Assembly: GCA_046292385.1 (NCBI GenBank)
Contig: JBKBRF010000047.1
Coordinates: forward strand, 1 to 51,742
Length of the DNA stretch: 51,742 nucleotides
Reading direction: 5' to 3'
From: Armatimonadota bacterium
Lineage (GTDB): Bacteria; Armatimonadota; SYMT01
A model generated the notes under the pieces. It did no database searches. It saw only the letters and a program-made list of their open reading frames with translations, and had not been told where the DNA came from. Positions 19,535 through 28,534 of this stretch are shown here, piece by piece. The stretch's first letter is position 1. Each line of letters begins with the position of its first letter. A program made the translations under genes and the position numbers.

Positions 19535-20005
19535 CTACTTGCCTTCCGGAACGTACTTCACCCAGTAGAACTCGAGCGGCTGGGTGCCGGTGTTCTTGAT
19601 CCCGTGCTCCACGTTCGGATCGGTGAACATCACCGCGCCCGGCTTGACCGCGGTGGTCTTGCCGTCGCACTCGATCTCCCCGGTTCCGCGGCTCACGATG
19701 AGCACCTCTTCATCCGCGTGGCGGTGCGGCGCGTGCGGGGTGGCGCCCGGGTTCAGCAGGAAGCGGCCCACCTGCATCTTCCGCAGGCCCGCGGTGGAGC
19801 CGTCGACGTAGACGCCCGCCTTCCCCGCCGTCTTCCCCTGGTCCACGTGGTCCCCCATCTGCACCTCGGCCGCGTTGACCGTGCTGCTCGCAACCCGCTT
19901 CGCCTGCGCGGAGGCGAACTGCGCTTCCCGGACGCTCCAACCCGCCGCCAGCAGCACCGCCACCGTGCCGGTCGCCAGCGTGCCCACGTTCACTCGCTTC
20001 TTCAT
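19535..20005 (-). CDS. Secreted cupin-domain protein
   Basis: Start MKKRVNV with signal peptide; PHAPHRHADEEV and EHGIKNTG cupin motifs. Confidence 0.82.
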   Translation of the reverse strand: MKKRVNVGTLATGTVAVLLAAGWSVREAQFASAQAKRVASSTVNAAEVQMGDHVDQGKTAGKAGVYVDGSTAGLRKMQVGRFLLNPGATPHAPHRHADEEVLIVSRGTGEIECDGKTTAVKPGAVMFTDPNVEHGIKNTGTQPLEFYWVKYVPEGK

Positions 20006-20128
20006 CAGCTCTTCCTTTTCCAATGACAAGAACTTCCCTCTTAAGCGGGGCCCACCGGACCACGGTACATCAGTGTTGAGACGTCGCGAAAGGCGCAGCA
20101 TGCGGAGCGCTCGTCACACCTTTGCTAC

Positions 20129-20584
20129 CTATGGTCCGGCGGCTTCTTCAAGTTTCTCCACGTCTGCCAGATCCTGCAGACGCCCGGAGGCTTCCTTCGC
20201 CCGGATGAGGCTCCTCAGATCGATGAGCGGTACGGTGAGGCCCTGGTCATCGGCCAACACCTTCGCTTGATAGCACGCGTCAAACTCAACCCAAGGCACA
20301 GAGGTCAGCAAATCGATACGGTTCGGCGGCCGTCCGAGTTGGACAATCTGGTCATCCTGCAAGAAGTCCTCGATGGTCGCTCCAAGGTCTCCGAATCCGA
20401 ATTCACGCAGCACCGACAGCAGTCGCTCAGCGTTCGGCCTCGTCCGGTCGATCCACAGGTCGATGTCCTTCGTGAACCGGGGGTTTCCGTGGTAGGCGAC
20501 CGCGTACCCCCCTACCACCAGGTATCGGACCTGGTTCTCGTTTAACAATTGTAAGAACTCTCTGAAGTCCTGGCTGACAATCAT
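20129..20584 (-). CDS. Nucleotidyltransferase (DUF6036/MNT-like)
   Basis: YLVVGGYAVAYHG, PRFTKDIDL, LIRAKEASGRLQDLADVEKL. Confidence 0.85.
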   Translation of the reverse strand: MIVSQDFREFLQLLNENQVRYLVVGGYAVAYHGNPRFTKDIDLWIDRTRPNAERLLSVLREFGFGDLGATIEDFLQDDQIVQLGRPPNRIDLLTSVPWVEFDACYQAKVLADDQGLTVPLIDLRSLIRAKEASGRLQDLADVEKLEEAAGP

Positions 20585-20750
20585 CGCGCCCCCTCATGTA
20601 GTCTCTGCGGAGCGCTTCCAGCGCGGCTAGTCGGGCCATCGGCGGTTGGCTTCGCCAGTAGGCGACGTCGGATGGTTGCTCGCCCAGCCGCCATTTGGTG
20701 AGAACCCGCTCAATGCCCGAAGGAGCTTCCCGCTCATCGTTCTCCGCCAT
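20427..20750 (-). CDS. Small partner protein of the nucleotidyltransferase (toxin-antitoxin-like pair)
   Basis: GGAGGG RBS; DVAYWRSQPPMARLAALEALR...LQRVLTIVKR resembles the small genes I recall upstream of such NTases; 3' end overlaps the NTase gene. Confidence 0.6.
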   Translation of the reverse strand: MAENDEREAPSGIERVLTKWRLGEQPSDVAYWRSQPPMARLAALEALRRDYMRGRDDCQPGLQRVLTIVKREPGPIPGGRGVRGRLPRKPPVHEGHRPVDRPDEAER

Positions 20751-20895
20751 ACCACCCTCCCCCGGAATTCGACTCTCGGTTCTGGCAACTTCCGGGTCGA
20801 GGGGGCGGTTTCCTGCCCGAGGCGCCGGCCGGCGTTAGAGACGCTCCAGACGGGTATCGTTCAGTGATAAGGCAGTGTGAATCGGAGCGGGTTTT

Positions 20896-22380
20896 ATGAA
20901 ATCACGGTGGCTTTTCGGAGCGGCGGCCGTTGCGGGGGCTGCGGCGGGGGCGGCAGTGGTGCGGGCGCGCCGCAGCGCGTGGGAGTCGGCGGAGCGGGCG
21001 CGGCGGCTGCAGCAGGCCAAGGCGGAGCACGGACGCAACATCGTCATCCTCGGCGCGGGCTTCGCGGGGATCAACGCGGCCGACTGCCTGGTGAAGAAGC
21101 TGCCGGCGGAGAGCGGCTGGAAGGTGACGCTGGTCGACCGCCACAACTACCACCTCTTCACGCCGCTGCTCTACCACGCCGCCTCCGGCCTGGTCGACCC
21201 GTCGAGCATCCTCTTCCCGGTGCGGCGGCTCACCGACCGTCCCCACTTCCAGTTCCGGGAGGCCTCGGTCCAGGCGATCGACATGCACCGGCAGGTGGTG
21301 CACCTGGATGACGGTCCGCTGGCGTACGACCAGCTCGTGATCGCCCTGGGAAGCGTGACCAACTTCTTCGGCTCGGAAGAGAAGCTCCCCGGAGCGCTGA
21401 AGCTGAAGACGCTGGCGGACTCGATCATGATCCGCAACCACGTGATCGACGCCTTCGAGAAGGCGGAGGTGGAGACCGACCCGGAGATCCGGCGGCGGCA
21501 CCTGACGTTCGTGGTGGTCGGCGGCGGCGCGACCGGCGTAGAGCTGATCGGCTCGATCCGGGGGTTGGTGCGGGGGACCCTCGCCGAGCAATACCGCCGC
21601 ATCGATCCGTCCGAAGTGAAGCTGATCCTGCTGGAGGCGATGCCGGAGATCCTGCCGGGCATCAGCCGGGAGCTGGCGGAGCACGCGCTGCAACGGATGC
21701 GAGATCTGGAGATCGACGTGCGGCTGGAGACGAAGGTCGAGGCGGTCGAGGACGGCTGCGTCGTGCTCGCCTCCGGGGAGAGCATCCCCGCCGATACGGT
21801 GGTCTGGGCCGCCGGCGTGCGGCCGGCGCCCCTGGCCGCCCGGCTGGAGTTGCCGAAGGACCGGAAGGGCCGGCTGCAGGTGGACGACTTTCTCCAGGTG
21901 GAAGGGGTTCCGAACGTCTACGCGCTGGGAGACATCGCCGCGGTGACCGACCCGCAGACGGAGAAGACGCTCCCGCCGACCGCGGCCGTGGCGGTGCAGG
22001 AAGGAAAGGCGCTGGCGGAGATCCTGGTCGCCCGGCTGGAGAACCGCGCGCCGAAGCCGTTCCGCTACGAGCACCGCGGCGAGCTGATCTCTCTCGGCCG
22101 CCACGAAGCGGTGGCGGAGGTGATGGGGGTCCGGTTTACCGGCTTCCCGGCCTGGCTGATGTGGCGGGCGTTCTACCTGAGCCAGCTCATGGGCTTCAAG
22201 AACCAGCTCGCGGTGGCGCTCGACTGGAGCTTCGCCTACGCCTACCAGCGCGACGCCGTGCGGCTCGATCTGCCGATGCGGCGGGCGCTCACGGACGAAG
22301 GGGAAGCGGCCCTGGACGAGCAGCGAGACCGGTTGGAGCGCGCGGAGAAGGAGCCGGAAGCGGCAGGCTCGGCACACTAG
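20896..22380 (+). CDS. ndh: Type II NADH:quinone oxidoreductase (NDH-2 family)
   Basis: ILGAGFAG; HLFTPLLY; VVGGGATGVE; VVWAAGV; YALGD; AWLMWRAFYL. Confidence 0.88.
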   Translation: MKSRWLFGAAAVAGAAAGAAVVRARRSAWESAERARRLQQAKAEHGRNIVILGAGFAGINAADCLVKKLPAESGWKVTLVDRHNYHLFTPLLYHAASGLVDPSSILFPVRRLTDRPHFQFREASVQAIDMHRQVVHLDDGPLAYDQLVIALGSVTNFFGSEEKLPGALKLKTLADSIMIRNHVIDAFEKAEVETDPEIRRRHLTFVVVGGGATGVELIGSIRGLVRGTLAEQYRRIDPSEVKLILLEAMPEILPGISRELAEHALQRMRDLEIDVRLETKVEAVEDGCVVLASGESIPADTVVWAAGVRPAPLAARLELPKDRKGRLQVDDFLQVEGVPNVYALGDIAAVTDPQTEKTLPPTAAVAVQEGKALAEILVARLENRAPKPFRYEHRGELISLGRHEAVAEVMGVRFTGFPAWLMWRAFYLSQLMGFKNQLAVALDWSFAYAYQRDAVRLDLPMRRALTDEGEAALDEQRDRLERAEKEPEAAGSAH

Positions 22381-22399
22381 TATTCTGTCAGGCCGGGAT

Positions 22400-22700
22400 G
22401 GATGGGTGGATTTGGCAAGGGAGAGTGGGCGAGAGGGCGAGCTTGAGAAGCTGCTTACGGGTACGGTTCTCCCACTCCCCCACTCCCACTCAGGGCCGGA
22501 AGCCCCGCCTTCATCCCTGTCAGCGCGCGTGGAGCGAGCTCTCGGGAACGTGCCGGAAACACCCGGTCGCCAGCGAGCAGGAGCAAGACTAGGAGCAGGA
22601 GCAGGATCTGCCGTGTACGGAGGGTTCGGCTTCATCCCTCATCCCTCATCCTTCATCCCTCGGCCTCCCCCACTCTCCCTTGCTCCCACTCCAACCCATC
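22400..22700. repeat. Intergenic repeat-armed hairpin containing composite module copy 2
   Basis: 22415-22429 GCAAGGGAGAGTGGG is perfectly complementary to 22669-22683 and identical to 9211-9225; internal (YTCATCC)x4 heptamers at 22631-22658. Confidence 0.8.
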
Positions 22701-22793
22701 AGAGTGCCGGGCGCACCACGCCCACCCCTGGCCGGCTTCCCGGCCCGGTCCCCGGGCGGTCGAATGGTTGGCACTGCAGCGAGCGAAGTTCCG

Positions 22794-22837
22794 TGGTATA
22801 GTAGGACAACCTCGCGGGAACGCGGGGGCTTCTTTTT
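22794..22837 (+). promoter_or_regulatory. Extended -10 promoter plus leader terminator-like hairpin upstream of greA
   Basis: TGGTATAGT at 22794-22802, then CCTCGCG-GGAA-CGCGGGG followed by CTTCTTTTT. Confidence 0.55.
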
Positions 22838-22865
22838 GCGCCAGAGCGCCTTCAGGAGTGAGGCC

Positions 22866-23354
22866 GTGGAAGAACTACCCCGGGGAAAATACTACGTTAC
22901 GGTGCAGGGTGCCGAGAAGCTGGAGACGGAGCTCCGGGAGCTCGAGAGTAAGCGCACCGAGGTAGCCGGCAACATCCGTACCGCCAAAGCCTACGGCGAC
23001 CTGAGCGAGAACTTCGAGTACCACGAAGCGAAGCGGGAGCAGGGCTTCGTGGAAGGCCGGATCATCGAGCTGAAGCAGATCGTGCCGGAGATGCACGTGG
23101 TGCGGCCGGAAGAGGTCTCCACCGACAAGATCGGCTTCGGCTCCGTGGTGACGGTGCGCGAGGAGACCGGGGACGAGTGGGAGTTCCAGGTGGTCGGCCC
23201 GCTGGAGGCCGATCCGATGGCGGACCGCATCTCGTACGAGTCCCCGCTCGGCCGCGCGATGATCGGGCGGAAGGTCGGCGAGACGGTAGAGGCGGAGGTC
23301 CCCGCCGGCACCGTCCGCTACGAGATCGTCAGCATCGACACCTACACCGCTTAG
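22866..23354 (+). CDS. greA: Transcription elongation factor GreA
   Basis: AKAYGDLSENFEYHEAK; ISYESPLGRAMIG; GTG start after AGGAGTGAGG. Confidence 0.93.
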   Translation: MEELPRGKYYVTVQGAEKLETELRELESKRTEVAGNIRTAKAYGDLSENFEYHEAKREQGFVEGRIIELKQIVPEMHVVRPEEVSTDKIGFGSVVTVREETGDEWEFQVVGPLEADPMADRISYESPLGRAMIGRKVGETVEAEVPAGTVRYEIVSIDTYTA

Positions 23355-23415
23355 GGGACGAGAGCCGGGGGCGCGGCCTCCCGGGTTGGGATGGCCGGAG
23401 GTCTACCTCCGGCCA

Positions 23416-24168
23416 TCAGCGCTTCGGCTCGACGCGCTTCCTGTCCAGCTCTTCCAGCATCCGGCTCGCCTCGGCCGCCTTCGGGGCGCCGTCCGGCTTC
23501 GCCGCCTGCTCCGCGCGGAACTTCTCCAGCTCCGGCCGGATGTAGGAGAGCACTTCCTCGGGCGTATCGACGCAGTGGACGAAGTCGAAGTCGCCGGGGC
23601 TCACGAAGGCGCGGCCGAGCATCCGCTCCTCCATCCACTCCAGCAGCCCGCCCCACATCTCGCTGTCCAGCAGCACCACCGGGCGCTCCTCGATCATCCC
23701 CACCTGGATGAGCTGCCAGACGTAGGTCAGCTCCAGCAGCGTGCCGATGCCGCCCGGGGCGACGATGATCGCGTGCGACATCCGCATGAACTCGTCGAGG
23801 CGGCTGGAGAAGCGCTTGTGCTCGCTCTTGATGTCGAGGTGCTTGTTCGCGAGCTCCTTCACCTTCGGCAGGTGGATCGGCAGTCCGATCGAGCGGCTCG
23901 TTCCGTTGTGCGCGTCCCGCACCGCGCGGTTCGCCGCCTCCATCAGGCCGGGGCCGCCGCCCGTCACGATGTCGATGTTCAGCTCCGTGAGCATCCTCGA
24001 CATCTGGTACACGGTCTGGTAGGTGGGATCCTCCGGCCGGATGCGCGCCGAGCCGAAGATGCAGACTCTGAACCGGTCTCCTTCGAGCTGCTTGAGCTCG
24101 GCCTCCAGGTGGAAGTACTGCTCGAGCGTGCGCTGGATCTGCTCCCGGACTTCGTTGATCGTCGCCAT
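23416..24168 (-). CDS. LOG family (lonely-guy / TIGR00730-like) protein
   Basis: CIFGSAR, TGGGPGLMEAAN, PGGIGTLLEL. Confidence 0.88.
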   Translation of the reverse strand: MATINEVREQIQRTLEQYFHLEAELKQLEGDRFRVCIFGSARIRPEDPTYQTVYQMSRMLTELNIDIVTGGGPGLMEAANRAVRDAHNGTSRSIGLPIHLPKVKELANKHLDIKSEHKRFSSRLDEFMRMSHAIIVAPGGIGTLLELTYVWQLIQVGMIEERPVVLLDSEMWGGLLEWMEERMLGRAFVSPGDFDFVHCVDTPEEVLSYIRPELEKFRAEQAAKPDGAPKAAEASRMLEELDRKRVEPKR

Positions 24169-24234
24169 GCCGTACCCTTCGAGCCGAACACACGCTGCCA
24201 GACGCTGGGCCGCGGCGTGTCTCCTCTTCAGCGG

Positions 24235-27195
24235 TTAGAGCTCCGCCGGGCCGATGAGCGCGCGGAGGAAGCGCTGCTCTTCTGCGGAGAGAGGGCGGGA
24301 GCCCGTTCCCGGCGCGGAGCCATACAGTATTACCCTGCCGCTCCCCACTTTGCCCATCACCGCCACGGGCGCGCCGTTTGCCCCTGCTTCTCGCAGCAGT
24401 ACCGCGGTGCCCGCCGCGGGCAGCAGGCGCACGTGCTCGTCGGCGGCGTGCTCCAGCGCCGCGCCGGAGGCGAAGCCGGCCATCTCGCGGGTCACCGTCA
24501 GGCCGCGGCGGTCGCTGACCTCGCCGCCCACCCCCACCTCCGGGAAGAGCCGGGGGTGCCACCGCGCCCCCACCGCGTCGCCCGCGAGCAGCAGCGTGCC
24601 GCCGCCGTTCACCCACTGGCGCAGCGCCTGGACCGCCGTCGGGGTGAAGTCGGAAAGGTCGTGCAGCGGGGGGAGGACCAGCACCTCGCACGCCGCCAGG
24701 TGCTCCGAGAGCAGCCGGTAGACGAGCCCGACCTGCGTGCCGGGGGTCTCGCGCAGCAGCTCCTGCAGCGCGTAGGCGCCGGCGCCGCCGGTGTAGATCC
24801 CTACCTTGCGCCCGGTGCCGTTGAAGACCGGCGGTGCATCGTGCGCCCGCAGGGCTGCCACCTCGTCGCCGCCCAGGCCTTCGCAGAGCGGCCCGCGGAC
24901 GACGAACGGCCGCACGGTCCCGTCTTCCAGCGCCAGGTTGCCCCGCAGCACCGGGCGGAATTTGCCGGCGGGCGCGGCGGCCCTGGCCTTGCGGTTGGAG
25001 AACCCGCTGAAGCTTTCCAGCGACTGCAGGAGCCGCCCGGCGGTGTCTTCCAGCCGCAGCTCCATCTGCGCCGACTTCAGCTTCACCTTGAACGGAGCGT
25101 TCTGGAGCAGCTTGACCTCGAGCTGGAGCTGCTCTCCGACGGCGAACCCGAGCGGAGCGTCCTTACGCTCCAGGCTCGACTTCAACGTCCACTCCGCGCG
25201 CGGTGCCTGGATGCCGGGCCAGGTACCGCCGGAAGTCGCGCCGGCGCGCAGGGCGGCGAGCTGGCTCTCGATACCGGGGTGGTTCAGCGAGAAGAGGACG
25301 AAGCCGTCCGCCCCCTGCTCCCGGGCGGCTTCGACCTGGCGCACCAGCTCCAGCGGCCCCGGCAGCAGCCACGCTCCCAGGCCGGCGACCACCGGCACGC
25401 GGCCGCGGGCGGCGCTCACCTGCGCCTCCAGCGCCGTGGCAAGAGCCTCCTGCTCCGCCGTATAGGCCATCGGCACCACGAAGTCGAGCCAGCCCTTCTC
25501 CACCCAGTTCGGCCAGTCTTGCTTGACGGAGGAGCGGGCGGTCTGGTGCTTCCACCAGACCGCCGCGGAGACCTGGAGGTGCGGCTTCGCCTTCTTCACC
25601 TCTTCGTAGACCTGCTGCACCAGGCTGGAGATCCGCCCGCGCTCCCACTCTGCGTATTCCAGCTTCCGCGCGCCGGAGCGCACCTCGTCCGGCCACTGCT
25701 CCACCGCCTTGCCGCTCGACTTCTCGAACTCGCGGCGGGAGACCGCGCCGAAGTCCCCGTCGTTGTGCGGCTCTTCCGGATAGTGGAGGTAGTCGAGCTG
25801 GATCCCGTCCAGCTCGTAGCGGCTCGCCAGCTCCATCACCGCCGCCAGCTCGTGGGCCTGGTTGCGGGGATCGGCCGGGTTCAGGAAGCGGGTCGGCTTC
25901 CCCTGCAGGTCGCGCATCACCCGGTCCTCCGCCACCATCCGGTCGTACAGCTCGTCCGGGGCGCTGCCGAGGTGATAGCAGACACGCCAGGCGTGGATCG
26001 AGAGGTTGTGCTTACGCGCCGCGTCGATCGCCGCCTGGAGCTCGTCCGGCGGGCCGAGCGACCACTTCTCCTGCGGCAGTACCCGGCTCGGGTAAATGGC
26101 GCTGCCGCCGCGGCTGGCGCGGACGAAGACGGTGTTCAGACCCGCGTCGCGGACCTTCTTCATCAGCGCGTCCCAGTCGGCGCGCTCCGTCCGGAAGACC
26201 CAGACCCCGCGCACCTCCCCCTTCCGGGACGGGGTCATCTGGTAGCAGAGCTGGCGCGCTTCCTCTTCCACTCGCAGCGCTTCCTGCACCCGCTGCGCCA
26301 GCGCGGCGCGGTTCGCCTCGATCACCGCCGGCAGCGACTCCTGCGGGGCGATCCGCAGCCGCAGAGAGCGGATCGCCTCGCGCAGACGGGCGCTCTGCTC
26401 CCGGGAGATCTCCGGCTGCGCGCGGGCCTCCGCCCACCGCTCTCCGGCGTCGAGCACGCACTGCAGCGCCCGCTTGCGCGTCGCGGCGAGCGCCTGGCTC
26501 CAGACCTCCGGATCCATGTCCCCGAGCATCCCCAGCAGGAAGCCGGCGTGCTGCGGATGGTCCGCCGGCAGCGCGTTCACGAAGTAGCCGTACGGGCCGC
26601 GGACCACCGCCGCCAGGCCGGTCGCGCCGACCCACTCGGCCGCGTTGTAGCCGGGATCGACCGCCACCACCGGCCGGTGCCGCGAGGGGCCGCTCAGCGG
26701 CACCCGCTCCGGCATCCCGGGCCGCTCCTCGGGCTGCAGCGCAGTCGGCTGGAACGCCCCGACGACAGCCGCCGGCTTGACGCCGAGCATCTCGTCGACC
26801 GGCGAGGGCGTCTCCGCCATGTGCGTCATAAAGGCGATCCAGCGCCCGCCGCGCTCCGTGTAGCGCTTCAGCGGCTCCAGGCTGGCGGGTGTCAGCTCGT
26901 TGTACGGCAGGATGATCACGTTGAACGGGCGCAGCGCGACGTCGTTCAGCGCCGTGTCATCGAGCCGCCGATGCGCCACCCCCATCCGGTCCAGGCTCCG
27001 CTCCACCGCCGTCACCGCCGCCTCGACCGCTTCGGCTCCCGCTCCCCCCTTCGAAGCGAGGTGCCCGCCCCGCACCACGCCGATCTCCGCCGCGGCGGGG
27101 CTGCCGGAGAGCAGCAGCACCACGGCGACTACCAGCCGCAGCGCGGCGGCCAGCGCGCGGGCCGGAACGGGTTGAAGGGCAGACAATACAGCCAT
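24235..27195 (-). CDS. Glycosyl hydrolase-like family 10 (DUF187/GHL10) protein with flanking GAT-like domains
   Basis: EVRGVW, AGLNTVFV, SIHAW, FLNPA, LDGIQLDYLHYP, QDWPNW, DFVVPMAY; signal-like N-terminus; start uncertain. Confidence 0.82.
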   Translation of the reverse strand: MAVLSALQPVPARALAAALRLVVAVVLLLSGSPAAAEIGVVRGGHLASKGGAGAEAVEAAVTAVERSLDRMGVAHRRLDDTALNDVALRPFNVIILPYNELTPASLEPLKRYTERGGRWIAFMTHMAETPSPVDEMLGVKPAAVVGAFQPTALQPEERPGMPERVPLSGPSRHRPVVAVDPGYNAAEWVGATGLAAVVRGPYGYFVNALPADHPQHAGFLLGMLGDMDPEVWSQALAATRKRALQCVLDAGERWAEARAQPEISREQSARLREAIRSLRLRIAPQESLPAVIEANRAALAQRVQEALRVEEEARQLCYQMTPSRKGEVRGVWVFRTERADWDALMKKVRDAGLNTVFVRASRGGSAIYPSRVLPQEKWSLGPPDELQAAIDAARKHNLSIHAWRVCYHLGSAPDELYDRMVAEDRVMRDLQGKPTRFLNPADPRNQAHELAAVMELASRYELDGIQLDYLHYPEEPHNDGDFGAVSRREFEKSSGKAVEQWPDEVRSGARKLEYAEWERGRISSLVQQVYEEVKKAKPHLQVSAAVWWKHQTARSSVKQDWPNWVEKGWLDFVVPMAYTAEQEALATALEAQVSAARGRVPVVAGLGAWLLPGPLELVRQVEAAREQGADGFVLFSLNHPGIESQLAALRAGATSGGTWPGIQAPRAEWTLKSSLERKDAPLGFAVGEQLQLEVKLLQNAPFKVKLKSAQMELRLEDTAGRLLQSLESFSGFSNRKARAAAPAGKFRPVLRGNLALEDGTVRPFVVRGPLCEGLGGDEVAALRAHDAPPVFNGTGRKVGIYTGGAGAYALQELLRETPGTQVGLVYRLLSEHLAACEVLVLPPLHDLSDFTPTAVQALRQWVNGGGTLLLAGDAVGARWHPRLFPEVGVGGEVSDRRGLTVTREMAGFASGAALEHAADEHVRLLPAAGTAVLLREAGANGAPVAVMGKVGSGRVILYGSAPGTGSRPLSAEEQRFLRALIGPAEL

Positions 27196-27259
27196 AGGAT
27201 TCGTTGGTTTTCGAGGCCGTCCCACCGGCGCGGCCCCGGGTACGGAGGGGGCGGGCGAC

Positions 27260-28273
27260 CTACCGCGGGGATTCGACGAGCGGGCAGGTCTCCGCTTCCG
27301 GAGCGGAGCCGAGCAGGTAGCGGCGGGGCAGCTCGGCGCCGGCCACGTAGCTCAGCTTGCCGAGGCGGCACATCTGGTAGACGTTGATGCGGAACTCGGG
27401 ACAGGTGCTCACCAGGCAGTAGGCGTCGGTCGGGGTGAAGCCGTAGTCTTCGATCAGCCATTCCATCAGGCTGATCGTCGCGGTTTCGACGGCGACCTCC
27501 AGCGGCCGGAAGGCGTAGAGCGCCACGATCGAGTCCGGCTTCTCGATCCGCATCCACGGCACCCGCCGGCCCTTGATCACCTCCAGCCGCACCCGGACCG
27601 TCGCCATCGTCTCCGCCGCGGTCCCGGTGAACTCGGTATCCCCCTGGCTGGCGTGGACGTCTCCCAGGTAGAAGAGCGCGCCGGGGTGGAAGACCGGCAG
27701 CAGCACGCGGTGACCGGGGCAGACGTCGCGCACGTCGAGGTTGCCTCCCCACTCCCCCTGCCCGTCGATGCTGGTGGTCACCTCCCGGTCCGGCGCCACC
27801 CCGAGCGTGCCCACGAACGGCGTGATCGGCCAGCGGATCCGCTCGCTGAACTGGAGCGTCCCGTCGCGCATGGTGCCGCTAGGGCCCGGATGATGCGGGA
27901 AGATGCGGGTGGTGTACTGGCTGGAGAGCTCCGGCCAGCGGGTCGACTCGCCCAGCGGTCCCCGCCGCGGCCCGATCGCGATCCAGGAGTAGTCCTCGAC
28001 CACGATCTCCTCGATCGTGATCGCCAGCGTGTCCCCCCGCTCCGCCCCTTCCACCCAGACCGGTCCGCCGATCGGATTCGCGAGCGGTGGGGAGCGGTCG
28101 AAGCCGGGCCGGTTGGCGGGGATGGCGCGGTCGTGCGGGGTCCGGAAGAAGCCGGTGCTGGCGTCGTACGTCTCGATCTCGACCGTCTCGCCGGACCGCA
28201 CCCGCAGCAGCGGCTCGTCTCGACTATCGAACGCATACTTCCGCGCCTGCTCGCGAGTGATCCGCTGCACCAT
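27260..28273 (-). CDS. Acetamidase/formamidase family protein
   Basis: GETVEIET, GGPVWVEGAERGDTL, GGNLD, GDVHASQGDTE; GGAGG RBS before ATG at 28273. Confidence 0.88.
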   Translation of the reverse strand: MVQRITREQARKYAFDSRDEPLLRVRSGETVEIETYDASTGFFRTPHDRAIPANRPGFDRSPPLANPIGGPVWVEGAERGDTLAITIEEIVVEDYSWIAIGPRRGPLGESTRWPELSSQYTTRIFPHHPGPSGTMRDGTLQFSERIRWPITPFVGTLGVAPDREVTTSIDGQGEWGGNLDVRDVCPGHRVLLPVFHPGALFYLGDVHASQGDTEFTGTAAETMATVRVRLEVIKGRRVPWMRIEKPDSIVALYAFRPLEVAVETATISLMEWLIEDYGFTPTDAYCLVSTCPEFRINVYQMCRLGKLSYVAGAELPRRYLLGSAPEAETCPLVESPR

Positions 28274-28534
28274 CGCACCTCCAGGGACCGGGTGGAGCCC
28301 GAGGCCTCGACCGGCCGCCGGCCTACCGCGCGCTCTCGTTTCGGTTTCGTCGGCTTCGGGCGCCGTTCCTGTTACCAACTGATTGAGATCTTACGGACGA
28401 ACTTCTAGAGGCTTCTTCCCAGGGCAGAAGGCCGGGGCGCAGCCGGGCGGAATGGACAGGAATTCTCGACGGCGCGGCGCAATTGCTCCGGGTGGTGACA
28501 CCCTGCCAGGCGAGCGAGGGAGACGGAGAGAGCC

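Noticed and set aside
22400..22700. Repeat clusters as a CRISPR array or IS ends
   Set aside because: No regular repeat-spacer periodicity, and no cas or transposase genes in the window.
23386..27387. 1333-aa plus-strand ORF
   Set aside because: Shadow of the LOG and GHL10 genes on the minus strand.
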